Positions 36,534 through 49,749 of a stretch of 64,000 nt of DNA are shown here, piece after piece. The position numbers and the translations under genes are program-made. The stretch's first letter is position 1. The number at the start of each line of letters is the position of its first letter. The DNA lies in the NCBI GenBank assembly GCA_008632985.1, contig QPGO01000034.1:387311-451310 (forward strand). Direction: 5' to 3'. This DNA is from Psammoneis japonica. Taxonomy: Eukaryota. The notes below the pieces were generated by a model, which had not been told where the DNA came from, did no database searches, and saw only the letters and a list, made by a program, of their open reading frames with translations.

Positions 36534-39500
36534 CTATTTTTTCGCTTTTGATAAAACGACGGATGGGACAATAGTTTCGGCAACATTATTTGGTTTTTGC
36601 GATGCCTCGGCTTTTGGCACATCGCTCGGATCTGCTCCCAGCGGCGGGAATTGTGTAGAGCTAGCGCCAAGTGATGCAGGATTAGGTGGCACGGGGACCT
36701 GTCGCGGCTGCGGCGGCATCATCACTGTAGTGTGCAGGGGCAGGCCATAATGAGGCGGAGGCACCATCGCTGCCTGGAATGGTGGTCCTGGCTGCCGCAC
36801 AATATCAGGAGCCTGCTGCATCGGAGCCACCGGGGCTTCCTTACCTTCCTCCACGTACGTGAAGTTGAAAGAAGAACGCGGGGCTCCTGGTCCTACCGCG
36901 GGTGATCCTTGTTGCTGTTTACTCATCATAAGTTGGCGTAACTTCTCTGCTGCGGTAGAAGGCTGTGGCTGTGACTCCGTCTGCGGACTTACAGTGAATG
37001 TCGAGCTATCTGGTTGGCCTGCTGTTGATACTCCAAGAAGCGACTTGAGCCCTTCCGACGCATCGCTACTAGCAATTCCCTGGGCAGGCGCAGCAGGGTT
37101 TTGGTCGAATGCTGAGGACGTGTCTGAACGTCTGGAAGAAACCAATTTCTTCCAAATTGATAGTCCGTTCTTCTTGCCTCGCCCGGTCTGCTTGAAACCG
37201 AAGCCTTGTTCTGGAGGCCCACGCGCTTCCTTCCAAGCACCTTGTCGTCGACCTCTACCAGTGGAACCAGTCCGCGGAGGCGTTCTCGAAGGAGTAGACC
37301 CCCTCGACGATCGGCCCGTCGATTTCGTACGAGCTGCTTCTGTTTCAGAATCACTAGCAGGTGCTCCAACCTCATCAACCTTTGCATCCCAGCTACTAAC
37401 CGAAGGATGCGGCGGGCTCCTGCCGCGCTGATCATCGTTCTCCAAAATATTAGAGATCGCAGCCTTACCGGAGCCTACTGGAATCATTTGATCTACCAGT
37501 CCCTTACTATCGGACGCGGAAATCTTGAGCAAATGCGCCCAGACACACAGTTTTCCTCGAAAATTGGAACATACCCCCTGCAATGTTGACCCTCCTGTAA
37601 GCAAAACATACCATTTAGAACGATCGAGAGGCATGAATAAGGTGGCGGACAAATTAAGATACGGTAGCAATCTTACCTATGAATTCTTCATCCATAACGA
37701 CCTCAACGCAGCCGGTGGATGGATCGTGAATCGAGACGACAGTGCCCCTAGCACCAAAAGGGATACCATTTGCGCAAAGATTTGCTATGCGATCTCCAAG
37801 TTCTGGTGCTTCACCTTGGTTGTGATCAGATGCCAGCACAACATCCGTGGCACTGGTCGAGCCTTCACGATAGAGCGCAGCAGCAGGCACCTTGATGAGC
37901 GATTCCTCTGGGGTGCCCTCCTTCTCTCGAGCCGCCACACGCACGTCTGCTGCGCGTTGTACCGCGTGCACTGCAGCCACAGGCATCGCTTCTGTTGTAG
38001 CTGGAGTACGGGGGAGCTTTGCCGTCTCAACACTGTTGAGCCACTCTCTTACTTTTGGAAGCATTTCGACGCCCTTTGGACCGAACAATTGCTTTGCATC
38101 ATAACTTCGTTCGTTCGGAAACTTAGCAACAGCTGCAAAGATCTGTGGAAACTTCTGTCGGTAAGCAGCAACAAGCTTAATGGCTTTGGGTGTAAACTCC
38201 CATTGGATTCTCTCTTCTTTGTTGTCGGTACTGCTATCCGTGGCAGTCGATCGTGTGCTGCCTACCACAAGAAGAGAATCACCGGTATCCCATGCATTTG
38301 CTTTACTCTTCTTGTGTGGTCCTTTTTTCCTGGTCGCAACAGGGTCCTTTCGTCTCCTCGTGTACCCCAACACGCACAGGTTACTCTTGTACTTGAGGTT
38401 AAGGCCGAGATCGTATCTCCCGGGATCAACATTCAAACTCCCGGTGATCTTGTTGAAGACAGTGGGATTTAACTGCAACACTTTCGCTGCGTCAATCGGG
38501 GCGACGTACGATTCTTGGACAGAGCGTGCAATTGCTAGCCCGAACGGTGGTTCAGGAGGCACCACCTGGACTTTCACACCAAGTTTCTGCCCTTCTACGA
38601 CACCCATTACAATGGCTCTGCATCCTCTATGCTTTCCTTTGGTCAAAATGGCATTGCTGTTCACAGGGAATCTGTCCTGTAGCGTTTTTGGTCCCCGTTC
38701 GACGAATCGTGGGTCTGGTGCAGGTGCATTCCACAGCGCTAGCTGCAAAGGAACATCAGCCTCGTCTTTTCCAAAAACCTTTTTGGTAGATCCGTCGACA
38801 GGCGATGTTTTCATTCCCTGAAGAGGGATGAGCTTCAATCTGATTTGTATGTCGCCAGTTTTAAGACCTCCACTTCCAGGATTCCCGATACCGCTTAAGT
38901 ATTGCTGGACCATCATCTCCGAGTCAACCCTGAAACGCTCTGCTTCTCCTGGGGTCCATTTCTTCACTTCCGGTTTATTCTTCTTCGTTTTTGCTAGTCG
39001 CACCTGGCAAGTAGCATCGCATACAGCGACTACTCGGGCTTCGTGCATCATGGGCCAGTTGATGTATAGCGATCTACCGAGGATATTTTGAGCGATCTGT
39101 TCTGCCGGCGGGACTTGTGGCATCTCGTGGAGGGTTAATATCGTGTTGAAATATTTGGATGGGGATCCAAAGCAATTCACACCCGCTTTAGCAAGCTCCA
39201 CTTCCTTAATTGGCAGAACGTTCAGAGAGGGAAATCCAGGATATGGTAGAGTTGTCCCTGGAACGAGACAAGGCTTGAATGGGATATCTAATCGGTCCGG
39301 CTTGTCGATCACCCTAACTCGCGAATGACAATGCGTAATATCAATAAGTCCAATTTCGCGATTCACAGAGGGCACCGTATCGGTCACGGTCAAGTCATGA
39401 GTGAAAAGAAGCACCTTCCCCAACGAGTTCCTGCGGCGTTCGTCAGGTGTCAACGCACTGTCCGGGCATTTCTCACGTATCGTCGTCTTCAATAACCCGA

Positions 39501-41553
39501 CGTCAATGAATGGGAGCAAGTTCACGCCTTCCCAGGGATTTCGTTTCCCGTTCATGTCAACTTCGAAGTCTTGAGGATAAAATTTAATAATTGGCGAATC
39601 AGGCGAGGTCATCAGTTTGCGATATGGGAGAGGAACCAAAGCGGAAGACGCCGGAGGTAAACATCCCATTAGCTGCTCGAAAGGCAATAGCGGCTCTCCG
39701 ACAACGAATTTGATATCATTGAAAACGGTCTTCAAATTCGTCAAATCGCTTAACATTGGACCTGCAACACACGAGTAGCCACAATCATCGACGCAAAGAA
39801 TGAGTTCTGGATGCACACGCACTGATGTGTGGCTTTAGACAGAATCCTTACCGTAATGGTAGGGGAAGAACCACCCCCAGGAAATACAACCCCGATAATA
39901 ATAAGCGAGACACCACATGAGGCCCTCAATGTATGATTTACGCAGCGCCAAGTGATCGTTGATATCGACCGGAGTAAGCTTGAGCTTTTCGAAATAGTAT
40001 CGTCCCTTGAAATCTTTCTGTCCGGCTGTAGTCACTGGTTTCCATCCATCTACAAATTTACCATCATCTATGGAATGATTTGCGAGCATCGATTCAATCA
40101 TGGAAAGGTAGCCATTCTGCTTCTCTGCCTCTTCAGCCTTTAATTGGTCGTCACTGGGTCCCTCCGGCTTCCCGTCTCGTTTATCCCACCTCCGTTTCTT
40201 CTTGGTGTAAGCTGCCTCATTTTCTTCACGCTGTTCAAAAATATCTGTCTCCGCAGCCCCAATGACGGCAAGGAAAGCTTCTAATCGGTCTGGGTCACAA
40301 ATCTCGCCAGCGCTCGTCAAGTACACCCCGTCACCCCATGTTGGTCTTTGCGCCTTGTAGGTATCAAATAGCAAATCAAATGCTCCGTCACCGATGTCCA
40401 ACGACGGCATGTGAGGCAAGAAATCGTTCCCCACCAAGAAAGTCAAGAACACAACTAAACAAACAAGGAGAGAAATGAGTTAGAAATTAATACAAGAGCA
40501 TCGCCGACACGCACATGAAAGCTACGATACTCACAATCATCAATGAGCTGCTCCAAATTGTACGTCCGTTCGTCCAATCCGTATGCAAATTCAACTTGTA
40601 GATATTCCCGCAAGACCGATAAGTGCAAGAGCTGGAAATCCGATTCTTTGGTAAACTTCATCACCGTCTTGAGCGTGTTCTTGCTGTTCTGATTAAACCC
40701 AAAGTCGACAATTTCTCTCAACAGCGTAAAGTGCGGTTCGTGCGAGACGAGCCCAAGCATTATGAGATCTGCATCCTGCCCGTACATGCAGTGACGAGAA
40801 TTCGGTTGATAGCCCGGCTGACTTCTCATCTCCCGAATGTGCTGCATAATCTTGTGCTCTCCTTCTCCTGGCAGCTCGTGTCCCGAGAAAATAATCTGGA
40901 GGTCCCGCCAGAGGGGATCTTCCTTGATTTTCTTTCTAATAAAGTATTTTATCACGTTCGACACACGCGCCATAAACTCAGTTCCTGGTGTGATGCAGTT
41001 TGAGTCGAAAACACCCGATGTTGAATCCTCGTCCTTCGAAAACACTTTGTCTTTGGTAGCCTCTGCCAAATCCTTGGCGCTCCGAAACCGCCGAGATCGT
41101 TGCTGATTAAGTTTGGCACGTGGCGCGACGCCGTCAATTGCCATGAATACAGAGACTTTTGGTTTGACAATCTGCGTAATGATTCTATCTAGATAGTGCA
41201 TGATACCAAACATCATGTCCCGTTCGCTCAACACATCAGACACGTCCATGTGACTAGGATGAGTACAGCCGTGAATAATGCCGTTCATGTCTAGGTACAG
41301 ATGATCAAACTCGGGAAGGAGCGCCGAATCAGTCACCACCTGGTTGATCTTGGGGTACCGCTCACTGATCCATCGGTAAAACTACGGTGGAACAGAAAAA
41401 AGGTGGCAGCAAATGTTAAGAAAAGAGTTTGGCGGCTTGAAGCACACAGAGTACAATTCTACGTCTCAACCACTACACTGTGCCGATCTGCGATCTGCGA
41501 TCTGCATCTTGCAGCAGCGCGTCATGTTCAAACCGCACCTTAGGGACGCCCAT
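36534..41553 (-). CDS. XRN1: 5'-3' exoribonuclease 1 (about 5 exons)
   Basis: Spliced start MGVPK|FYRWISERYP; HLYLDMNGIIH, AIDGVAPRAKLNQQRSRRF, FDSNCITPGTEFM, PGEGEHKIM, GQDADLIMLGL, VGNDFLPH, PFEQLMGCLP. The C-terminal D1-D4/SH3-like region (LGDRIANL...IPFGARGTVV) indicates XRN1 rather than XRN2. Confidence 0.95.
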
Positions 41554-43982
41554 CGTTCGTCAAAACAAACTTAGCAGGGAAGTTAGGGTAGAGCTCTGTC
41601 TGTGTTGTCGGTCTACTCTCTAGAGGGCCTATTTTACGCCCCTAGTCATCTTGCACGTTCTTGGGTTCGACAAGGCAAGCAGCCGCAAGCAGGCATGGTA
41701 CCTGGTATCGTAGGTACGGTACAGGCAGCAGGCACGCACGTCTTGCGTCTTGCGCCTTTTGAGCAGCAAGGGAGAAGGACAGACGCTCCAGCCAACAACA
41801 GCCGGCCTTGAACGGACCGAATGCCAATGGCATTCGTTGTTGCAACTCGTCGCCGCCTGCCGAGGCCGCAGTGGCAGTTGTAATTTTGACAACGAGCAGC
41901 GACATACGCCATCTGTCATCGCCTCCAAAAACCTGCCAAGACAAGTGGTGGGAAAAAAAGGAGACCATCTGGGTGGCAACTGTGGCGCCACTTTGTCGAA
42001 TCGATGCGCCACAGGTGGGGCCGCTCCGATCCCTTCGGCTGGCATGCTTGAGCACCTTGTGGCATCTAGTGACATGGTGCCCAAGGTGTTGCTTGCTCTG
42101 GTCTTGCAGGCCCGTTGCTGCCGAGTCACCTGCATTCACCGCCCATCCATCCACACATTCGTGGCCCGGTCACAACCTTGCCCCGGGATGGCGAGACGTT
42201 TTGTTTTCACGGCAACATGTGGCCAGGCAACTTCATCAACATTCTCTGGCTGCCAGCTGACCCATTCGAGATTCTGGGCCTCCAAGTTGCACCAACAGTT
42301 GCCAACATGGCCACTTTGGAAGGCGGCTTGGCTGATGACAAACTCACCCCGCCCCAGACCGACGGCGTGCCTGCAGATGCTGAGTTGATCCGAGTCCAAC
42401 GCATGATGCAAGTGCCTCACGCCTGCACCCACCTCACACTTGACTGGGACCTCACACCATTGCAAGCCTGGTGTAAATTGGCAGGTGCCACTCAAAACGA
42501 TGGGCGTGCAGGAGACACAGCCCCTCTCATCGACTGGTTGCGTGCTGCCATCATGACACATGCTGCAGCCAATCCAGACCCTGTGCACTGTCTGGGTGAC
42601 CAAGGGGCCGCATTTCCACCCCTGGCCATTGACACCGGGCCACAGGAGCATCACTGGAAGATCCTCCTGCAAGACCCACCAGCTCCAGACACCACACCAG
42701 CGGTGGACAACACAGATCGGGTGCTTGCTTTTTTGCCAACATTGTTTGCACGGATGTGGCCCACACCAAAGCCACACACACCGCTGCTGCAGCCACCACC
42801 ACAGCACCCAAGACTCCTGCAGAAACATTCCCTCAGACCACACCAACCTGGCTGCTTCTGTCCAGTGCACCAGCCGACCCTGCTCTTCCCAAGCTCTGCC
42901 AGCTGTGGCCCAACAGCACAGACGCACGAGCCCAGGAGCCAGATGCAGTGCCAAGCATGGTGCCAATCATGTCCAAGGAGCTGTTCAAAATGGTGCTCCA
43001 AGGCAAGGTCGCACCTCACGCACATCAGAGGAATGACCTCAGCACCAGCGTCTCCCCACTCTCTTGTGGGTTCTTCATGGGAGGCAAAAGCTCAGCCGCC
43101 CAGGCTCGGGCTGAGAGGCATGACTTGTCATTGGCAGGCCAAGAGCAATTCTGGACAAAGGACACACCCTTGCCCACCACCACGTGTTGCTGTGGTGGCA
43201 TGTCACAAGGCATTGCCAGCCAGCCTGGTGCTTGATGTGATCCAAGGAGTCAATCACCTGCACACCGCAGCATGCCATGACTTCTGCATCAACAACTGGT
43301 GTGACATGGTGGACCTGTTGGAGCAGTCAGGGGCCTTGGTCATGGAAGGAAATGTTTTGCCGCAGATCTGTCATGAAGTTCAGATTGTGATGGGTGTGTG
43401 CTTGTGCCGCCTCACACAAGGAGCACTCCCATGTGTCCCTGGCCATGCAGCAGTCACCTGCAAGGTGCTGCATGGCCAGTTTGCCTTGTTGGCTGGTCCT
43501 CCCACGGCACCTGTTGGACACGAGTCCCAAACCAACCAGCAACCCGCAAGCTGGAAGCACTGCCAAAGATGGAGCAGCTGGAGCACCGCACCTTGACCCG
43601 GGAGCAGCCGTCACTGACCCTGCACCAGTGAAGGCCTGGCTGTGCACCTTCACCCAGGCCAAGGTCTGACTTGCTTCCATCCAGCGATTTGTGCCAAAAA
43701 CCATGGACCCGACCAGAGCCCAGTGCAAGTTGTGCCTTTCACACCACTTGAAAGGCACCTGCTTTGAAAATTGCAAGCAGTGCAACACCCACCACAACCT
43801 GACACCATGGGAACACACCAACATGAGCGCCTTTGTGCGCACACATCTCCCAAACCCACAGGATGGAGGAGCCCCAATGCCAGCACCAGCCCCGGTCCAG
43901 CCTCCACCTGAGGTGTCTGGCCAGTGAGTCCTTGGACCCACCTGCAGCCCTCACCTGCTGATGCACCTGATCTGCACCAGCA

Positions 43983-45200
43983 GTGTCCGCAGAGCAACAA
44001 AAACTGGGTGAGTCAGCAGCTGAGAGCATTTGTCTCTTACAACAGTCAGGCTGGTCCCAGTGCATTCAACACTTGCACAGAGAGTCTTGCCTGGCAGAAT
44101 CAGTTGGCAACCTGCCACACCCAGCTGCCGGGCTGTTGAAAAGCCTCCGTGACAATGAAGCACCGGTCCAGTTCAACATCAATGACTGGCCCGACACCAA
44201 GGTGCAAGAAGCTGTCAATCATGGCAGCCACCCATCCACTCGAGACCACTTGGGGTTCCTCAAAGACAACATGGCAGACATGATGCGGTGCCACCATTGG
44301 GTTGTGCTGCTGCCACACTCCATTGCCAAGGACCTCCCACATCTTCACATGTGGCCCATGGGCATTGTCCCACAACGGGACCAACGTCCATGCACAATTG
44401 TCGACTGCAGCTGTTGTGGTCTCAATGATGACACTGTCAAGCTCACACCTCCTGATGCCATGCAATTTGGACATGCGCTGGACAGGGTCCTGCGCACCAC
44501 ATTCCAGGCTGATCCTTCATTTGGTCCAGTCTGCATGATGAAACTGGACCTGTCCAATGGTTTCTGTTGGGCTGGCCTCCAACCTGAGGACACACCAAAG
44601 CTTGGCATCGCCTTCCCGGTGGGACCCGGGGAAACACCACTTGTGGCCTTGCCGCTGGTCCTTCCAATGGGCTGGAATGAGAGTCACTGTTCTTTTGCAC
44701 CAGCACAGAAACCATCATTGACCTTGCAAATGCATGTGTCAACATGCCTTGGGACCCACCCATTCACCATCTTGAGGCGGTGGCATCAGTGCCGGCACCG
44801 CCATTGGACACACTCCACATTGACGCACCTCCTCTCAATCTGCAGGCCGCTGCACACCGGGTTTTCAACAACTCCCGAGTCCTTGATCAATGTGTTGGAA
44901 CAGGCGTTGCCATTCTTGTCCCACTTGCCATTTCAATGTCTACATTGATGATGAAATTGGCATCACCCAAGGCAGCAAGGCAGAACTCAATTGCCCCTGC
45001 ACTGCCACCTGCTGCACATCAATGACCAAGTCTTTCAGCTGAACACCATCTCAGACAAACACTGGCACCGTGAAACGGTCTCCCTGAAAAACCTTTTCAA
45101 AGGTGATGCCTCTTGGTCCACCATCAAGGTCATTTTGGGTTGGATCGTTGACCCCTTGGCAGGAACCATCAAATTGCCCCCACACTGGCAGCAGCACCAA
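43983..45200 (+). pseudogene. Reverse transcriptase remnant of the Ngaro-type element
   Basis: PPDAMQFGHALDRVL, GPVCMMKLDLSNGF, LPMGW, frameshifted NVYIDD, KGDASWSTIKVILGWIVD. Confidence 0.88.
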
Positions 45201-45349
45201 CTGCAGCATGTTCCCCGCCTGCATTGCACACCAGGACCAGCCAACCTGCTTGCCAACACATGCTCTTGCAAATTCAGCACCAAGAGTCTAACCTCCTTGC
45301 CACCTTGTCTTCCCTTGCACCTCAGACAAAATCTTGGAGAATGCAAAGC

Positions 45350-46516
45350 CCCTCTAATGCCATCATTTCTGCACTGACCTCCACCTTGCAACAGCAAAAG
45401 CAAGGCAACCAAGCTGTCACTGAAGAGCAAGCCTGTGCCACGGACTCCGTCTGGTCAAAATGCTGGCTCCCATTCTCATCTGACATGGACATTGCAGACC
45501 CTCTCCTCCATGGCACTGATGACAAAATCCTGATGCTCCATGTCTTTGCCCATTGCCTCAGGGATGGATGCCTCAGCCGCAGTGGCAACCCATCTCAGCT
45601 CCACATGTTTGTGACAAAATCCTTCACATCATGAAGACTTGCGCTGAACTGGGAGGGGGCCTGGACCCTCAACTCCCCTCCAGTGGTTCCACATGGATCC
45701 ACGGCCAACACGACTCCACAGCGCATGTGGCAAAGACGACCCACCACCAAACCATGTCAAGCCACTGCCAATGCAAATTGTGCACCATGCACAGGCCATG
45801 GTGGAAGCCAACCCTTCGAAGTTCAATGAAGCAATCATTGACTTGTGTTGGATTGGTCTTTTCTACCTCCTTTGCCCAGGCAAGCATTGCAAAAGCACTG
45901 ACAATGCACCACTGGTGCTTGCCAATGTCAAGCTGCTGGTTGGTCAGCAGCCATTAGACCACATGTCCTGTGACCTCAATCAACTGCTCATGGCCACCCA
46001 CAGCAGCATCACATTTGACACACAAAAGAGCTGCAAGCACGGCAAAGTCATTGGCCATGACTGCAGCTTGCACTCCAAAGCTTGCCCAGTGCTTGCACTT
46101 GCACGATGCATCCGGCACCTGCACTTGCAGGGTGCCAGTCCTTGAACTCTGCTCTGTGCCATCTGCATCTGCAACCACTGGACTCATGTTCAAAGCAAAT
46201 CCATCACCATGACCTTGCAAGTTTCCACAGCCGTTCTCCCCCACTTGGGGTTTTTGCCAAAAGGCGTCACTGCCTGCAGCCTGCGGGCCGGCAGTGCAGT
46301 GGCCTTGCTTTGTGTCAAAGTCGACACAAACATCATCCGACTGGTTGGGCAATGAAAATCCGATGCTGTGTTTTGTCACTTGCGTGCACAAGCTCTCCCG
46401 CTTGTCACTGGTTTGTCTGCAAAGATCTTGAGTCATGGCAATTTCACCCTCTTGCCTGGTGCCAAAGTGCCTGCTGGTGCCCAACGCCCAATCGACCAAG
46501 CCAATCTTGCTGCCTG
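45350..46516 (+). pseudogene. Tyrosine recombinase remnant of the Ngaro-type element
   Basis: Box I IIDLCWIGLFYLLCPGKH; box II SLRAG...GQ*KSD with an in-frame TGA. The catalytic Tyr position reads CAC (46377-46379). Confidence 0.88.
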
Positions 46517-46989
46517 ATCCAGCCCACCCTCGGCTCTGCCTCTTGTCCAACCCTTTCCTTGTCTGCCCTCCAAGTTTGGCAGTGGAGGCGGTTCTGGGCT
46601 GAGGAGCTGTCAACCCCAGCAAAGCATGAAGCCACCAAAACTGCCACCAACCAAGTGGGACGAACTCCCAAGCAGCGCAGGTGGCATCAGCCATTTGAGC
46701 AGCAAGGGAGAAGGACAGATGCTCCAGCCAACAACAGCCATGAATGGACCAAATGCCAATGGCATTCGTTGTTGCAACTCATTGCCGCCTGCCGAGGCCA
46801 CAACAGCAGTTGCAATTTTGACCCACCTCTCCCACCCTGGGCTGCCTGAGGAGGCAGTTCTGAGCCAGGGAGCTGTCAACCCCAGCAATGCCTGAAGCCA
46901 CCAAAACCACCACCAACTGGGCAGGATGAACTCCCAAGCAGTGCATGTGGCATTGGTCACACGCGCCTTGTGCACGCCTCTTTCCAGTG

Positions 46990-47342
46990 GCAGCTCCCAA
47001 AAGTCTGCCCACTTTAGAAGTCTGCCCAACTGAGCAGAATCACATGGAAGTTCCCAGCATGTTTGTTTGTCTAATCTACACCTTGTGTCAGTCTGCACAC
47101 AAGAATCTGGTGCGTTTTGCACACAACAAATCCCCAAAAAGTCAAAAAAATTGTTGCAATTCCATCGCATGAGTTGCACACACAAAATCACGTAGAAAAG
47201 TCCTTGGTTCATGAGATGTGCTCAGCACAAGAATTGTGTAGAATCTGCATCCCAAAAAGGCAGACTTTTGGGGCAGGAATCAGTGCATCTCTGCAGGAGG
47301 GCATCTGTGTGACTTTGGAGTGGGCAGACTTTTGGGAGCGGC
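46990..47342. mobile_element. MITE-like element with 24-bp terminal inverted repeats
   Basis: gcagctcccaaaagtctgcccact (46990-47013) is the reverse complement of 47319-47342 with one mismatch. Partial subterminal copies near 47018 and 47259. Confidence 0.65.
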
Positions 47343-49490
47343 TTCCTGCATGTGCAACCTGTGCAGCACGTGCCACTCATGGCCCCACACTGCTTGTGCA
47401 TCATTGACCACATGGCTGAAGCCTTCATTTGGTTGGATTGCATGTCACCTGCATTTGTTGTGCACACGGGCTGGGTGGGCAGGTCGGGTGCCGGTGCAGT
47501 GCGGCGGCGCTGCACGGCAGCAGCTGTGCTGGATGGAGACAGCCAAGTGGAGTGACATGGTGGAAATGGGAATGTGGGGAAAGTTGTGGAGGTGCAGGGA
47601 GAGAGGCAGACAAGAAGACAGAATGGGCAGATTGCTGCATGCCATGTGGAGTCCGAACCCAGAATGGGAAATCTGGAACTCTGATGATGTGTTTAGTTGG
47701 CTGTTGTGTCTGCATCTGATGTGCTGCAGGGATTGCACCTGCAGGTCTGGAGTTGTGGGGCAGCTCTTGTGTCCATCACCGGGTGCATTGCCACAGATGT
47801 TGTCCCAAGCTTTGCACCTTGAACAAGGCTGCAAAACAACTCTGACTTCCGCAACATGTGACAGACCAGCCACTGCACAGATGCTGTCTGCCATGTGCAC
47901 ACATGTGCATGCCTGTCTTTGTGAGACCATCTGCACATTTTCTGGAGATGGACAGGACAGATGGATGATGGACGGGACATGATGATGCACACATGCATGT
48001 GGTGCATGTGTCTTCAGGTGACGGTCTGCACATGTTTTCAGGGGATGGACAGGATGGGTGGGATGGATGATGGATGGGATGGATGAGATGGATGGGACAA
48101 ATCAAACTTCCATCTGAGCAAACCACCAAGCAGTCAATGAAACTTCCATCTGACTGGACCACCAAGTGGTCAATGAAACCTGTGACTCCTCCTCCAGCCC
48201 TCAACTCATGGGTGATGCAAGGGAAGATGCACAGACTCTCAGTGCATTTTCTGCACAGGAAAACTTTCATGGTTCTTTCCTGTGGTGTCACACTGTTGTG
48301 GGAAATTCTGAGTCATGATTGGAGATTCATGGGACAAATGGTCTGAAATCTGTCTTTTTGATGACGAAACAACACAGTGAAGCATGGGGAACCAGGGCAC
48401 TCTTTGGACTTCATGGTCTCAAAATGTGGCAAGGCACGTGAAAGTGTCTTGACCACAACTGAGCTCAACAGAACAATTTGTGCCTGCATGGCCATGAGAG
48501 ATGCTTTCACCTGCCCTGCCAGATTTTAAGATTGTGGCATCTAAAGAGTGCCACAGTGTGGGTGATTTTTGATGTTTTCTGGCTTGGCCTTCTCCACAGA
48601 AACACAGCACAGCTTCTACACAAATTTTGAATTTTGATCTTTGTTTCAACTTGGATCACCACTTTGGAAAACAGCCACCAACTTGACATTGTGGGCAAGC
48701 AAAAAAGCAGCTGCACCCTTTTCAAAATTGTTCACCTCCTCTGAAGCTTTTCTTTTGTGTGTGCAACATTGCCACCATGCAGCACTGCAGTGTGGTGGAA
48801 GCCAACTTTGCAACCCACAAAGTGCAAAAAGGAGAAAATGCTGCATCAAGGAAAAAATGTTGCTGGGCTGACAACCACAAAATGTTTTTTCTGTCTGGCA
48901 AGCCCCGTGGCTCAACATCAGGATGTGAGAAACAGGTTGCCTGTTTTTGACATTGGATTTCTTGTCTTGTGCATGGCTGCTGGTGTTGCACAAAAAAAGC
49001 ATGGGCTTTGAGGACTTCAAATGTCTCAAGAACATGCTCATGATCAACAAGGAGATTTGTCGTGTTGCATCGTCACAAAGATGAGGCAACTCTGCAGCTG
49101 TGGCTCACACACCTCGAGCTTTGCTGCATCACATGTCAAAAATGGGTGTGAAAAGGAACTCTCACAAGGAGGACAACAACAAGCAAGTGCAGGACTGAGT
49201 GAGGAGGTGATGACAATGATGTGAAATGTGACACCACAAAGCATTTGCTGCCAACTGTGCTGGATCCTTTGTGGGCTGCCAACACACCATTGTGGTCAAG
49301 TTGATCAAAGAGAGGCCTGTGACGCAGAGATGAAAATTCTTTGAGAACTGTGCCGAGCTGGCCCACCACCAGTCTTGGTTTGCACCATGGATGAATGTCC
49401 AATGGAAATGCCAGACTGCTGCACATGTCTCTCCGTCCATCAATTTTGTTTGACAACAACTGTTTTTCTTGTGTTCCGACAGTCATGGTG
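47343..49490. other. Remainder of the TpA/CpG-depleted block, with GGATG-rich repeats (about 47945-48100) and a 36-bp tandem duplication (about 48104-48179)
   Basis: Composition; aaacttccatctga...accaccaag...tcaatg is present twice. Confidence 0.7.
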
Positions 49491-49749
49491 ACCTTTTACA
49501 ATGCCTTGTGTTCATGAAGATAGACACAGCCGGCGAAGCGTGCAATGGATGTTTCACCACAGGAAGCTGGCCAAAGACACTTATTCTAAGTGTTACGCAG
49601 CATTTGTCAAAAGGCATGAGGAGTCGTCGCTTCTCATGTTCAGTTGTATGAACATAGATTCTAATAAAGGAGAGGCGATTCGGCAGGCATCGGGTGAAAG
49701 TTCGACTAATCGCACTTGTCCAAAACATCTCTCCTAAACGTTATGTCAG

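Larger units (their letters stand above)
41758..46959 (+). mobile_element. Degenerate Ngaro-type (DIRS superfamily) tyrosine-recombinase retrotransposon with split direct repeats A1-ORFs-B1-A2-B2
   Basis: A1 41758-41890 matches A2 46694-46822; B1 46584-46693 matches B2 46850-46959. Gag-like ORF with CLSHHLKGTCFENC; RT fragments KLDLSNGF, LPLVLPMGW and YIDD (44941-44952); recombinase fragments FYLLCPGKHC and SLRAGSAVALL...IRLVGQ*KSDAVFCHL. Confidence 0.93.

Noticed and set aside
37525..38821. Long plus-strand ORFs opposite XRN1 (and similar ORFs opposite PABP and the KH gene)
   Set aside because: Antisense shadows of well-supported genes, with no domain signal.
42115..43596. 493-aa ORF as an intact gag gene
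   Set aside because: It drifts between frames of a decayed gag-like ORF and stays open only because stops are depleted.
41758..46959. Classical fungal RIP as the cause of erosion
   Set aside because: RIP raises TpA and lowers CpA/TpG; the opposite is observed.
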